DNA of 64,000 nt, taken from the NCBI GenBank assembly GCA_046563655.1, contig CM102285.1:10292001-10356000 (forward strand), read 5' to 3'. Shown piece after piece: positions 12,501 to 27,298 of the stretch; the stretch's first letter is position 1; each line of letters begins with the position of its first letter. The translations under genes and the position numbers were made by a program. A model generated the notes under the pieces. That model was given only the letters and a program-made list of their open reading frames with translations, searched no databases and was not told the origin of the DNA. The stretch comes from Yuukianura sp. NJ FZ-2021. Lineage: Eukaryota.

Positions 12501-15500
12501 GGTTAACTCCTCTGCCCTGCCGTCCATTAGTTAAACCTCAAAAGTCAACAGTGCAAAAAATTTGCAAATTAAACTTGGAACTGCAAAAGGAAGTGAAAAC
12601 CTCCGTATCCCACTTCATATCTTTACTACTTATAACCCACACCATTTGCAAATAATATTAATTTCCCATTTTCACACCTTGATGAGAGGACTCTAAATTT
12701 GAGTCAATTTGGAAATGAATCATTCAAAGTGTCGTCACTTGACCCTCAAAGGTGACAAAAAGACCTCATAAAAGTGTCTGTGTACATAATTCATAACCGC
12801 AAAACCCAAATATGGGCTAGTTTCAAGGAAAAGTGAGTTCTTTATGTAGTACTAAAAATTGCGAATATTTTGCAAAACTTGCTCCAGAACTCCGCGAATT
12901 CGCTGTTTCACCTTGGGCTTTTTTCACACGTGACATAATACTCAAAGTTTGAAAAAAATAAACTAGCAGAACTAAATCTTTGAAAAAACGAAAACCGTAA
13001 TGATGCAGTCGCGTGAACACTTTTGCAAAAAATTTCCTTCCTAATTACCCACAGTTATGTTTTATGTTTATGTTTGAGTCGTAATAATAACGCTAAAAAT
13101 TGGCGAACCATTTTCAGTTTGCATGCGAAACGAGAAATTAAAATTATTATGAATTCGCGTTTTGGACTGACATTTCCCCTCGCATTGAAACTGCCAACTG
13201 AAACTGACTCATTCTAAACAGTTTTTTGTTGGTTTTGCAAAATTTGGAAAATTTTTGAAATTTGACGCGCTGCACTTTACTCCCACTGTTTTGTTTGAAT
13301 TCTGGCACACTGCAACACCCACTCGTTGTCGTAACGGCTGTACCGGGGAATGTCGTAGGCAGCAATGCAGTTTGCACTTGAACATGAGCCAATGACGTGA
13401 CGCTATGAATAATTTTGACTCTCTCCCTTTAAAACCCGTTTCAATTGACCATTTTTGATCGTTTTGGGGTTAATGCTACTGGCTAACTGCACGCAAACTG
13501 CTGATGATCGTCAACACCTCCATTGTTAACCTTTCTGCAAACCCAAAAGCTAAAATTTGTGGCGATGCACCGTGAATTTTAAAACTTGAAGCTGAAAAAG
13601 TTAATTAAAGTTTTCTCTATTTAGAAAACGGAGGATTGGTACAAGCAGGATCGTGACAATGATTCTGCCGAGGACTATAGACGTGACCTGGCCAAAACAA
13701 ATTACAAGTCGGCAACCCTTGGGCGACCACCAGTCACTAGGTCATCGACAGATCGCACGATGAGCAGCAGCGCAGACGCAATGGCTTCTCGTACGAAATC
13801 ACTCGATCGACGTACTATGCGGCCTACACGTTACGACGCACCACCAAAACTAATCGTCACGCCCAGTACCCCTGCAGTGGACGAAAATGGCTACCGATGG
13901 GAGCCTTCCTACCCACCACCACCTTCAAAAACCAAACTGGACTCTAAAATGCTTAGTAAAAGTTCGGTTGAACTCAACAGTTATGGAAACGACCGGCGGC
14001 AGTACGACTCTTTTCAAAATGTCCGTGACGCTTCTCCAACAAAATTGCGCTACTTTGGTGATACTGATGCTGAAAGCAGCGTAGCAGCAGCTCATTCAAG
14101 GGCACGCCAAAATTCCAGATTTGATTCGCAGTCGCCGTCTTTCCTTGCCTACGGAAAAATGGATCAAGGTTACCATGGCCAAAATGGGAATGACCACCAC
14201 CATGTCTCTCGTAGAGACACTTTGCTAAGAAAAGGACACAACGATGGTATGGAATCGGAATGCAAATTATAATAATGTCTGTGATAATAGCCTTCCATTC
14301 GAGGGGATTCGCTTAATGCTAAGATTGTTTTGATAAGATGTCATTTTTCATTCGAGAGATTCTCATCTTTGCTCAACTGAGCACGTAATTGCACAATTTT
14401 CGTTTCAAGTTGAAGGCCAAAAGTGGTCACAACGAAAATGAAATTTTGACCAATTTAAGCCGCCTCTGGACAAAAAAAAACTTCCCGTGGCTTCAGAATC
14501 AATTTACAACTTTCTGCTCAAAATTCGTCGTGATCTTTTGTCGTTTTCGTTTTTTGTTGCCTTTTTAGTAATCAGAATCATAATAACATGTTTTAGTCAA
14601 CTAAATAACAATATTGGCTCCCAGAATTGCAAATCACGGAGAAAATAGGAAAAACCTTGCTCGAGATTTATGGGATTAAAATGTCTTAACTTCTTCGTGA
14701 TTTTTTATAAAAAGAGAAACCTGTTTATGGTTAATTCATTTTGCACAAATTTGGAATTGAGAATGACTATTCCAATAGTACTTAAAAAACTACTTAAAAA
14801 GTTTCCTTTTAATCAAGATTTGATATTAAATTTAAAATTCATGTTTCTTTAAAATCTTGCAGGGATCAACAGCTCTGAAGAAAGCGAAAGTCGTTTTAGC
14901 AAGAGCAGTTCCAGATCAGTATTTTTACATGCTCCGACTGTGGCCGAAATTCCACCGCCTGGAGGTTTACAGAGACGCACGTTATCCAGAGACGAAATTT
15001 CAAACTACGTAAGTTGCAGTGTCCACGAATGACAGATTTAATCAACTCCAATTTTTTCGACAAAGTTATCTTTATATTAAGCCTTTTTTTGACGTATTCT
15101 GCATTTGTTCAAAACCAAATCAAGATTTTTATGTCACGGAATTAAAATTCTGTGAATTCTGAAGTTTCATATCTTCAACTTCACTAATTGCAAAGCTAAT
15201 GATGGGCAGCGAAACCTGTTATTTGTCAAACTTCAAAGGATTGCCGCTTGCCAAGATTGTTTTGGAACTTATCCAGTGAAAATCAAGTTTTTCATTTTTC
15301 TAGAAATGGTCTGTTGACAATTTCCTGATTTGGAGTTTGAGCAGTTTGCACAATTTGCATTTCCAATTTTTAAGCCAATTTTGGGTTTGGCTAAAATTGG
15401 ACAGTGAAGTTGTCCTGAAATTTTTTATGTTTGACGAGAATTCATTTTTATAATTCATTTTTGTTTTCTGAATTTCAGTCCGGTCCTCAGAGGCAGACGC

Positions 15501-16198
15501 GTCACTTGGCCAGATCAATGTCAGTGTTAGCGCCATGGCGTCCACGCCCAAAACACGAAAAATATGAAGTGCGTTACGACAATGAAGGGTACATAGACTC
15601 CAAGTATCGACGACCACCAAAACCACCACGAAGGTGACAATTCTACAACAGCCAATCACTAATCAACTGCTGGGAATTAGTTCCAAGTACAACTAAAAGC
15701 TACAGCCCTGGCCAAGTTACAACGAACTTGTTTCTAACTATTAATACCTAATCAACTTTGTAACAAAATTTTACTTGTTTCGGAAGAAAACTTCCTGCTC
15801 TTGTTAATCTACTTATAAATGAGCTAAGCATTTACACTTAATACTAATTAACATTTATTAAGTTAACATTTAACAAAACTTCAAGTTTTGCTCCTGTTAA
15901 TTCCTAAAACATTGTTATAATTACTTTAAGTGCTTACATATCAGAGTACTTTGTTACTTAATCTTTCCCTTAATTTGTTTCTAGTCCGAATCAGAAAAGT
16001 AGTTCGCCCGTACCTCCACTGAAGCATCGATCGGAGTCTTCCGAGAACTTACTTGGAAGTAAACCAAAACCCCGGGAGGTCAACAGGGCTTCGACTCTCG
16101 GGAGATTCGGTGGAGCACTGAAGAGGTCAAAGTCAACTGCAGTTGACTCTTCAAATGGGTCATGGTTTTCCAGAAACAAGGAAAACCAACGAAGATGA
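9578..16198 (+). CDS. Uncharacterised Ser/Thr-rich, largely disordered protein, ~1167 aa; candidate PP1-interacting protein. Exons 9578-11821, 11925-12047, 13625-14246, 14863-15008, 15479-15633, 15985-16198.
   Basis: A 748-codon first coding exon plus five more exons join through GT-AG junctions in phases 0,0,1,0,2 with no internal stop. It contains KKVSF near the N-terminus and conserved-looking blocks RSVFLHAPTVAEIPP and RSMSVLAPWRPR. An AATAAA lies downstream at 16420. Confidence 0.82.
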
Positions 16199-16419
16199 AT
16201 TCAGTGCCTACAGAAGCCCTTGCAGTTTTCAAGCTGTGACTTTTAAACATAATTAAAAGACTTCTGTCTTCCAAAACTAATTTTTGTTGTAACAAAACCG
16301 TTACTTACTTTAAATTACGTTGAATTGTGCGTGTTGTAAAAATTTAATTTACAAAAGTTATGTCGCTGATAGAACTTCATCCATTCTTGTCCGGTACTCA
16401 AATAATTCATGTTATAAAT

Positions 16420-16425
16420 AATAAA
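16420..16425 (+). promoter_or_regulatory. Putative polyadenylation signal of the 9578-16198 gene
   Basis: AATAAA about 220 nt after the TGA, between two convergent genes. Confidence 0.45.
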
Positions 16426-16844
16426 TTGCCTTAAAAGTATCACTTTCGAAGACTATTCTAAGCCAATTGTGATTTGGTACTAAATTTTTAAGTTTTTAAT
16501 TATAAAATCTTCAAGAAACACAAAAAAGTAGGACTAGATTAGGATATTATTACGAGATGATTACGACCGATCCACCAATTCTGTGTATATTACATGTGAC
16601 AAGCTAGAAGCATACTCGTCGATGTGAGTTGAATAGAATACGAATACGCAATAAGTATATTTTAACATGTCACGCTACTTTCTGAACATTCACAAAAGTA
16701 GTTGCAGCTAACTACGACTTGCACTAGTTTGCTCAGTCCTTGTAACTAAAAATTTCTACCGACATCACATCATGAATCGTGAATTTTAACGTAATAGCTT
16801 CCAGAAACGTTTTTCATGATTCAAAGATTTGACTAGTTTTAAGT

Positions 16845-17765
16845 TTAGCTAGATTTTCGACCGAGTTCTTCTCCCCGCTTAGTAGCTGCCACAACGGCAC
16901 TAATAATTCCATTCCGGACGCCATGTTTCTCCATTTCCGTTACGCCAGCAATCGTCGTACCGCCGGGAGAACAAACAGAATCTTTCAAAATGGCTGGATG
17001 AATGTTTTCAGTTGGATCTAAAACCAATTCTGCTGCACCCTTCATCGTCTGCGCAGCAATTTTGAGACTCAAATCCCTAGGAATACCTAAAGAAACAGCA
17101 GCATCTGACATTGCTTCCAGAACCACAAACATAAATCCAATTCCAGATCCAAAGAGACCACAGTAGGCGTTGATTTGGGCTTCGGGAACTTCATAAGCCA
17201 AACCATTTGCTAACAGCATACTTTCCAAAAACGATTTTTCTTCTGGAATTGTTTCTGAATCGACTGTGTAAACTGAACAACCTGCGTCCACTTTCATTCC
17301 AATATTTGGCATAACCCGAGCACATCCGAAGGGAACAGAGGAAGAGGCTTGAAGTATAGTTTTAAAAGTTGCTAAAGGAAGACCAGCCATAATGGAAATA
17401 TGAAATTTTCTGGCGCTACTACGTTTAGTTGAGGCGCTGATTGTTTTCACTGCTTCTGGGAACATTTGTGGTTTTACAGCCCAAATCACAGTGTCTGAGG
17501 AATCAAGTACTTCGGCGTTACTTGGAGTTGTGTTGCATCCTAACTTTCTCCAGGGAATTAAGTGCGCTTCTTCTGGAGAGCTTGTGGTGATTTGACTCGG
17601 TTTTAAAAGTCCTGCAATAATTAGTTACTAATATTTATTATTATTATCATTATTTAATTGTTCATTAATGTATTTCAAACCTTTTTGTACTAAGGGAAAT
17701 CCAAGTGCTCTGGCCATCTGACCCGCCCCCACAAATCCAAGCCTCTTTGTAGCTCCTCCAAGCAT
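16845..17765 (-). CDS. P5CR: Pyrroline-5-carboxylate reductase (PYCR3/PYCRL-like), ~283 aa. Exons 17765-17681 and 17611-16845.
   Basis: Rossmann motif LGFVGAGQMARAL in exon 1; 69-nt phase-1 intron; family motifs AVKPQ, ISIMAG, RVMPN, GSG, AAQTMKGAA and VCSPGGTTIAG. Confidence 0.95.
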
Positions 17766-20700
17766 TGTCAAATATTGCTCAAAATTACTTCAACTAATTT
17801 TCTAAAATCAGGTTTTCTTTCAGCACTGCAAAAATATCTGATGCTATTTGTCCAGTTTCATGTTGAACTTTTCTTGTCAACTTGTCAGAACCAGTATTTT
17901 GGGTGTACTGAAATCCAGTAATCTATGAGACGGTGCAGTTCCTTGTCTAAAAACCTTATCAAAATTACTGTGAACTGACCAACTAGCCAAAGGGTTTAAA
18001 TTTAAATTAAAACCAGTAAGAAGAACCTCCTCTTTGGAGACAAACAGAGATACACTTTGACCTCTGTCAAGCGAGGAGATTCAAAACGACTTCAATTTAC
18101 AGTACATTGACTCGAAATTTCAGAACCAAAATGCTATTGAAATGTGTGCAAGTGATTTAAATTGTAATCATTTTACTCAAAAAACGTCTTTTTTTAAAAA
18201 TCACACCACTGAGTGTCGATAGAAGAAAAAATGGTTGGAACGAATAGAATCTAAGCGACATTTCATTTTATTTCAAAACTTTGCACATATTTCATATGTC
18301 AATTTGCAGTTTCTTTGCTTTCTTTCAAAACTCTGATTTTTGGACTTTTCAATTCGACTTTAACTGAGATTCCAAAATTCTGAACTTGACTTGAATTAAT
18401 GATCATGATCATTGGCTCATTTCTAAAAAATGTATTTCCTCACACACAACGTTGAAACTAATCCCGAAACCTAATCCGGGGCAAAAAATGAGCACCAAAT
18501 GCTTTCATTTGTCACGGAAGACGAACCGAAGCCACTTGTAAGTCTTCTCCTTCCTATTATTAATTTCATGAGGCTTCCTAAGCCCACTTCCGGTTCACTT
18601 CACATGCAAGGACACGTCTTCCAGAACTCCCTTCTCTTCTTTGGCCTTTAAACTTTCGGGGTCAACCAACTGATGAGCGGAGTTACGGTTTGTAAGTTTT
18701 GAAAAAGTTAAAAAATTGGAGCAACGAAAACAAAACCTGCTCTCTTTAATTTCATTTGTAATAATAAATTCAAGGCATTTCTAATTGCAAGGCGGAAGAA
18801 ACTCTCTTCTCCCACGCTCTTTGGCAGTCTGTTGTGGGAGTTTATGAAACTTTTGACATGATGGCAAATGTTGAATTGGGGCAGATTTAAATCAAACTTA
18901 AAAGTAATTGAATTGTGTTGTATGTAAATAATACATGTACCAGAAGGGAGAATATGATTTGTTTGTTGTAACAATGACCCAGAAACTGAAGAAGAGAAAG
19001 AAGAAAATGCTAAGGGTAGTTCCTGTCTTTTGTAAAAATTGAAGACATGCCGCTGCTGATGAAGATGACATTTCATACGATGAATTGAAACCAGTAGTTT
19101 TGCCGCAGTGGTTAGTAGCATTTCCCCCACTGTGTCACCAACAAAGTAAACTTTGATGCGGAAAAGTGTTTAGGGAGGTTTCGATTATTGCCAAAAATTC
19201 AATTGTGGAGATGTGGGGTGCAAATTTTAAAGTGTACCCCTTCATCCCCCTCCCTTGACAAAGGGAACAACATAAGTTAGTTTGGAAGTAGAATATCCTG
19301 TTCCTTGTGTTCCTTAAGGTATGGCTACAGCATAAGTGGATGTAGTCACCTGCCTTACCTGTTCTTGACGCTTTATTAGCCGATCCCTCAATACACAAGA
19401 CTAAAGTTTTGAGGAGCAGTAACGGGATTGTTCACACCGAAAGCCCCTGGCTTACTACCGCACTCCACATGTTCCCATTGAACGGAAACGTCTTTGGGCT
19501 CTAAAGCTCCTTCATAAGTCATAAGTACTAAGTGCACAGGAAACAATTTGGAAGTGGGTTAAAGTGGTTTCGACTAAATCTTGGACTGGACATTACAAAT
19601 TTGTTGTGCTCGAAATGGTGTAAATTTGTGCCAAATTTAAACGCCTACGGTCAAAACACAGGAATTTGTTTGGATTTCAAGACATGGTAAGTTGAACAGT
19701 TGGGATTGGAATTCTCATTTGGAATACATGTGCTGAATTTTTGACTAAACAAAATTCATAAGGGTTTCTTTGAGTTGGCAGTCTCAAAATTTTGAAATTT
19801 TCAAAAAAAAAACACAAAGAGGGCAATATAAAAATACAAACATATATTGACAGACTCAGCTTCCCACGCTGACCCACACCACATTATGGCGTTTCTACTT
19901 ACATTTTTGAATTGTGAAAGAAGGAAATGTGTGAAAATTGGCACTAGAAAACTAAGGAATTATGTATTATAAACTGAGATTTAACGTTTTGAGGTTAGCC
20001 TAACATGATTGGCCTTTAAAGCTTGTCAAGAAAGCGCCGAACTGTTACGTTACTATCTTTTTGAACATGTTGTTTGAATTTTCATGATTGAACAAACCTT
20101 CAACTTTTTAAAAACCTTACTCCTGGATTTCGTGTGCAGCAGGTCATGGGGAATGTTTTGTGTAGCTACTTGTGCGTCATTTTTTAAAACAACTTTTTCC
20201 TATGTGAAAACTGAACTTGTATGCTACGAAAAGTTAAGTTTTGTTTTTGCAAAACCGGGAAATTCCAGACGAGGGAATGGAGCAACCGGACGTAATCACC
20301 AATTAACCTTCCAGAAGTGAAAGTTGACCTCGCTTGGTTTCGTATTTTTCCGAGTTAACCTTGAATCTAGACATCTTAGATGGCTTGATTGCTTCTTATT
20401 TTTCAAACATTGCCTAGGCATTGACACTCGAAATTGACCGAAGAGGATCAGTGGTAGGTTGGTAGGTCAGGTTCTATTTTCGAAACAGGGGTGTGTTGAA
20501 AATTTCAATAATTTTTTTCGAAATTTTTGAAGCTCCAAATTACCTGCGGAGGTTTGACAAGCTTAAGTACTTGTGCATCGGTTATTGTCCCCTCCATTGA
20601 GATTCTTTCACAAAAATCAAAACGTGATAAATGAAAACCTACATCAATGATTTGTCTTCACCTGTCTTAAAAAGTTCACGTGCTGCAAAAGATTAAGTGA

Positions 20701-22319
20701 TGCCAAAAATTACAAGGAGTAAACCTAAAAGGGCCATTTCAACAACGTGATCTTACCAAAAAAGAGATCAGTTTTCCCGAACTTTCCAATGATTAATGAC
20801 AAAAAGAGAAACTACTACGGTATGATTTCATGTGGTTAATGGTTTCCTTCTTAAGCTGGAATATCAATTTCCGTTTTGAATTAATTTAAAATCCAAATCT
20901 AGCAAATCTAGACCAAAAAGATCCATCCTTGCACTTGGGTGCCTGGGAGTAATCATGACTTCATGATTTTTGGTCCATTGTTGACAGCTTCCCTCCCTTA
21001 AGTCTATGTCTTCAATGTCAAAGGCAGTACAATACATTGAGTTGCAAAAAAGTAATGATGACGGGGAGAGGCTAATGGAATTGGAGAGGTAACTACCAAA
21101 CCAGTTTCTAAATGGAAGAGTCAGTGCTCCACTTTGCGAATTTGGTATTTGTTTCTCACAGAAAAATTTTCTTGTTTACTTAAACCCGATATCTCAAAAT
21201 TCAATCTTTCAATGTCCAAAATCTAAAGTAACAATCAGAATTTTAAAATATTTTGACATTACCGTTGTTAAGTGGCCCAAGAGAAAATCGAAAGGTCGCG
21301 TCTTTTCAAATGTCAGTGATGGGCCCATTAGTTGTAAATAAAAAAATATTGCCAAGATTTGGACAAAGAAAATGAAATTTTGAAGCACTTCCTCATGAAT
21401 TCAAGAAGTATTTGCCACCGCTTGAGGCATTTTTACTTCAGGTTTAGCGTTTACAGGTAGGAAAGTCATTATTTGCAGGAAAGTCAGCATGGGTGAGGTC
21501 AAAAGTCAAGAATTTTCTGGAGAACCGTTAAAAACACTGTTTGCAGAATGATTAGCACAGGAAGTCTTTTCGAATCATTTCAATACTGTTCATGTCATGC
21601 TCTAACAGGCAAGGGATGGACTGTGGTTTGAAAACGTGAATGAAATGTATAATTGTGAATTATGGATAGACATGGAAGACATGTTTAGAATCAACGGCAT
21701 GTACACCCAATAGAAACAAAGCCCAGGGCACGAAAACCTGCTCATTTCAAGTTCAATAGCCCAAATTTCTCATGATCATTTGGAGAGCACAGCAGATGCA
21801 GTTAGAATTCGCAATTTGATTTAGGACCAAGAGCAGGGCGGTGGTGGAATTTAGGCCAAATTTTCAAATTGGCACAATTAGATCAACTCTGCCAACAGGT
21901 CTTCAACTTCACTTTCTCATATTTTAAAACATAATCTGAAGATTAGTAAAACTTTGTCCAATGTTTGTTTAAAAGTAATTGGTTTGACAGCTATTTTGAC
22001 ACATCGAAAGTTATGTGTCCAATTGACAGCAATTTAATATTGGGTAAGAATTTGATGCTTCCAACTGTCACAATGATTTGCAACTTTTGTCATTTTTGAA
22101 ATCGTCAAAACAAGTAACTTTTCTAATGTAAAAATGTGTCGCTTCTTTACCTATTTTCATCAATTTGTAGAGTAGAGTACAGATCCGTGTGCATTTGATT
22201 CACATTAGGTGAGAGGACTAGAAATGAAGTTGATGCAACCTGTAACCTGTTTCCTAACCTACTCGTATATAATATTACGATTTCTTTGCGTGAACGTGAC
22301 TTTACAATTCATTCAAGTT

Positions 22320-22365
22320 GCCAAAAAATTTCAGAGCCAAAAAATTTGAAGCCAAAAAAAATATG
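22320..22365. repeat. Short tandem repeat, about 3 copies of a 15-16 nt unit GCCAAAAAATTT(C/G)A
   Basis: Read directly: gccaaaaaatttcaga-gccaaaaaatttgaa-gccaaaaaaaatatg. Confidence 0.6.
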
Positions 22366-25300
22366 CAATAGCAAAAACACCAGCTTGCCTTGGATTTTAT
22401 ACACAAATTGCATGCAATGTGAAACCGTATAAACCTTCATCCAAAAAGCTTAAGAATTTGACTTTTTAAATTTCAGTACATGCGTTTTTTGTGCTTTCTC
22501 TTAAATGAAGATTAATGTTGGTGTAATGGGAGAGAAAACTTTACAAAAACAAAGAAACCAACACTTTATAAACTTCATAATTAAGCCCCTTTTAAAATAT
22601 TTGGACACGATCAGCTCAAATTTCGCAAAATTTTGCAAATTCTTCCTGAATCAAAATCTCACTTTTGTAAAAAATTTCTTCGATCTCTTCATAACAGTCC
22701 TCGCGTAGTGTGTAGTTCATCTCTTCAGCCAAGGTGTGAGAAGATGATCTTCTCCATTGTCCTTATGAAAGCTTGTTTACTTCGTTCCAGTTGGCTGTCC
22801 TCGACGTCTTAGCGTGTAGTACGCTTTGTGCTCATGCGCAAGTCTGTGACCCAGCCCATCCTGTCCATCCATTTCAGAATTAATTTCAATTTCAAAGTTA
22901 GTTCCTTATATTACTTTTCCTCTCCAAGTCCACCGCCCATGACTCCACAAGTGACCACTTGACTCACTTATGGTTTAATATCTACGATTCTTACATCTTG
23001 CCCAGTCACTCCCATTTGAAACGCACAAATCCCATAATCCTTTGTTCCTCCGCCAAAAACACCGTAAATGCTTTTGTAACTGCAGGGATTATACCATTTT
23101 ACGCCTTTATTAATGAACTCCTGGAGGTGAAGCACGTAGGGGACGTTAACTTTAAGAGTCAAGGTGGAATTAGTTTTTAGTGTAGATGTAGTATTAAGAA
23201 CCCACGGTTTTATTAATCCTTCCAGCCCCCCATAACAATTATTTGGCAGTTGGAGGTAAATTTTGTGAACAAATTTTCAAGGATTACCCAACACCAGACT
23301 AATTCATACTCAACGTTACAGCAATTGAAGTTTAAGCAGGTTTTATGAACATATTAAACTTGACGACTCGTCTTTGAACTTTTGAGAAAGACCAGTTTAC
23401 AACTCAAGCTTTAAGCGTCTACGTTTTTGTACAAAGCTCTTTACTGTATGTATCTGGTTCTGTCAAGTCAAAGGTGGACTATTTTGCAACATTTAGTTAA
23501 GTGTTGTATGTGCTCGTTGAGAAAACAAGAATGGTAAGAGTCCTTTTAAGGGTCACAAAGGGATATTTGGCAATTAGAACTCAACTATTTAAATTCAAAG
23601 GCTCAAGTTTAAAGTGGATCTCGTGTCAAACCATACTTTGAGTCAAGCATCTACTAAGGAAAGTAGTCTAGAGACTCTCAGGTTGACTGACAACTTCAGT
23701 TATGAAATTTTGGTTATAATACCAACATGTATCCATAAATGAGTAAGGTTTGTGTGCTTTTTGGGAAATAAAAAGAAAAGGAAATCATGCATTGTGGGCA
23801 TAGGAAAAAAGCTGAGTCAAAAGGGGTTTGGCAATCTGTTCATCTTGGATTTAGGTAGGAATAGACATTAGACCAAGATGAAATGATCATCAGTTAATCA
23901 GGTTAGGATCAACAGACAAGAAAATTGCACCAAAACAATGATTTGGTGAGTTCGAGTGTGGGAAGATTTGCCTACAATTGGAAGCGACGCATTCATCATC
24001 TCCTTATGCAATACGGAGAAAAATGCCGAACTAATATTATTTTTATGTTTAGCCTGTCTGTAGTAACGTGAGACTGAGTTGAAATATGCAGTATGTTGGA
24101 CAAAACTAGATCAATTTAAGGAGAGATTCATGAAAACATTTTCAAATTTCAAAATTTCTCCAAAAAAAAATTTATTTTCAAAAAATTCGAAAAGTGGAGG
24201 AACTCCAACACATTTACTTCGTTTTTGATTTTTTAAGTAAAATTTGGGAATTACACTGGCTGTTAGTAATCAGTAAAGATCAAGTTTTTTTCCGTAATTG
24301 AGGTAATAATATAAATTTGTTGCGAAATATCATCTTGTTAGTGCAATTGAGAAATACTGTTATAATAGGTGTAGCATGGTTATTTCCTTAACTGCTCTTT
24401 TCCAAAACTCCTTGGTTTCACTAATTACAATTGAAATTTTTCACTTCTAATGATACAGTTTTACAGTGGTTAACCATTGTTTTGTGGGCAACGACTTTCA
24501 TTTTGAATCAAAATCAGCCCAGGGCAAAATTTGTCCAAACCCGAGCCATGCATCAGGCAAATGCAGTAACGGTAATAAATTTGTAGTTCTTGCATCAAAC
24601 AGTATCGGCTGATATCACGGTAATAAAAAAAATAAGCAAAAAGAAAGTCAGTAAGTGCATGCCATTAAATTTGTTATACGCAGATCACCATTCTTACAGT
24701 TTTTGGCTACACAAAATTTTGAAAATTTTTGAAAATTTCAGCAAGGTCAGGGGGAAAAAGAAAACGGCAAGATTTTTTTTTGTGTCCAAAAATGTTTCGA
24801 AACGGGTGGAATGAAATATCCTTTTCCTTAGTAAATTGTCACAAAAATTGTTAAAACTTTCACCAGGAAAGTTTAGATAATGAAAATGATTCGTGACAAG
24901 ACAAGGAAATTCTATTTTACACACTTTTTTTTTCAAGAGAGAAAGTTTAGTTTTTTGTCGAAACGGAAAGCATAGAGAATTTCCATGAAATTTTTTTTTC
25001 ATCTGAAATTTTTGGCCGAAGAACAATTTTGGTACTAAAAGTAAGCCTTCTCTTGCTGCAGAGATCGAGCTTTGCGTCTGAGCTTCGTTTAGATCTACGA
25101 GTGTAGTATTTAGTACGAACTATTTAATTTAATTAGCAATGCCCACTAGTAAAGTGGAATTAAGTGTTTAATGGGCTGAATTTAATTTAATGAAGATTTT
25201 TGCGAATACGTGCGTTTCAGAACTAGGTTGATTCTTCTTTCACTACAATGTACAGTCGGGAGTGGTCAACAGAACAATGTCAGTTTCCAAGTATATGTGG

Positions 25301-27235
25301 CTTAGCGATGTCATGCCTCATAAAGCAGAGACCACGTTGGCCAAAACAGAATTTTTAGATTCAGATGTGGATGGACGAGTATGCATTGTTGCAAAAAATT
25401 GGATCGCTGGTTCAGTGGCACAACGCAGTGCCCATCGGCACAGCCAGTGAGAAATGGACTGACAGCTTCAGACATAAATTAGTCACATGCATCTTCCAAA
25501 TCTTAATTTAAACAGGGAATATCGATGGCATCTGCATCCTAACTATTTACAAGTTCAATTAAATATTTTGGATACAAACTTATTTTATGGATTTATGAGT
25601 GCATGCTTAGTTCGGTGAAGTGTTTAAAAATAGTTTCAAAAGTAGCAGGACACAGTTTACGTGTCAAATGCTAACAGTCTTGATAACAAACTTTATGATT
25701 GATGAAGAAACGTAGAGATCTTCCTCGTGCTAAAGTGTTTGAATGACCCGAATCTCGTAGCAAGTGAGATCGAGATGGTAACAATTGATCGGACTGCAAC
25801 GAATTTCCACTTTACACTTACAGACAATTAATGAAAGAGCAACTGGCCACTGGGTGTGGCATTTTGGCAGTGCTTTAGAAAGGAAAGTCCTTATGGAAAT
25901 TTCTCCTTCACTCTGCCGAACAACTACTGTCAGTAATTATGTAGACTTTTAACCTACAATTAACTTTTACGAAAACTCAACGCATCGCCGTGCTCTTTCC
26001 CTTTGAAACCAATTCAAACAAAGTATTATTTACTTCGGATTTCCATTGCAGGAGCAATTAGCATTAGTTAGCATTTTTTACTTACATGTGTGCTACATGC
26101 CCAAGTCCTTTCCCTCTGCTGCACGACACTGCTTTCTAACCTCATCTTGAACAACAGTTGAAGTGCATTGAGAGATAAGTCGGTGAATTTCTAATTTAGA
26201 CAACTTAGCATTAAAGTGCTACTTTCACAGAAATAGGGACGCACCAGGGCGATTTCGAATATGAACTCTACATTAAAAAAAGAACTTTAAAATGAAATTC
26301 TTTTCAAAATAAAAGTTCTTGTAGAGTTTCAATTTGTAAAATGAAGAGCAAATTATTTGAGCACGATCTGTCAAAAGATTTGAAAAGACGTCATGTCAGG
26401 AGCATTTGACTATGAAACATCACCTCTGCCTTCAAGGAAACCGTTCTCCTGAACTTGAAAAGCTAAGGGTTTTACGTAATTTTCGCAAACTGTCTTCCGG
26501 CTTATTGTTGAGATTTGTTATCCTTTCCGAATTGTTGAAGTTTGCAAAACTTTTGCAAAAGCAAGAAGGAAGTAAGTTTCTGTTGCATATCTGTCAGTGT
26601 CAAGACCAGTTTTGTAAAGTTGAGCATTTCCAACCAAAATCATTTCAGATGAACAGGTTAGGAATTATGTTTGTACGAAGTTCAGTAAGCGCAGAATTGA
26701 AAACAAACTATCACTACTCATGTGTCAATTATGAATTAAACACCATTGAATCTCAACCGTTTCAAGCAAACTTTTGTTCATAAACATCAATCATCATTCG
26801 AATGCTACGCACGAAATTGCACAACAAATTGGTCTGAATACTTTTTGAAAAATTATAAAAATTCGACAATGTTTGAAAAGAGATTTTGTCGAAAGTCGCA
26901 TTTGTATTCCAAAAGCGTGTAGAATTTTCAAATATAAAACTCCTATTTAACTCTATTATTGTAAAGATTTCCTTTTTTCAATTTTTTGAAGATTTTGTTT
27001 AAAAAATAACTATCAGTTAGGATGACTAAAAATTAGATTAACTAATATTAGTTTTACAACAAATATTTCGATTATTTAATTATTTATTATTTTTTGCGTT
27101 TTCAGGTTTCTACATTAGAACTCCACGCTAGGAGTACTGGAGAACTGGAATTTGGCAAATTGCGCATCTTGCAAAAACGGAAACAATGTAATTTAAATTA
27201 CTAATTTACAAAAGAAAAAGTGGATCACTAGAACA

Positions 27236-27298
27236 ATGAAGGAATTTCAAGACAAAGATTTCTACCAACCACCACCGCCATTGTCCACCACTATGCAG
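27236..27298 (+). CDS. Putative first coding exon of the RhoGEF gene (MKEFQDKDFYQPPPPLSTTMQ)
   Basis: ATG in an acaATG context within an exon opened by ttttcag at ~27105. It ends CAG|GTTTGT in phase 0, matching the phase-0 acceptor at 35232. The link across the 7.9-kb intron is inferred. Confidence 0.5.
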
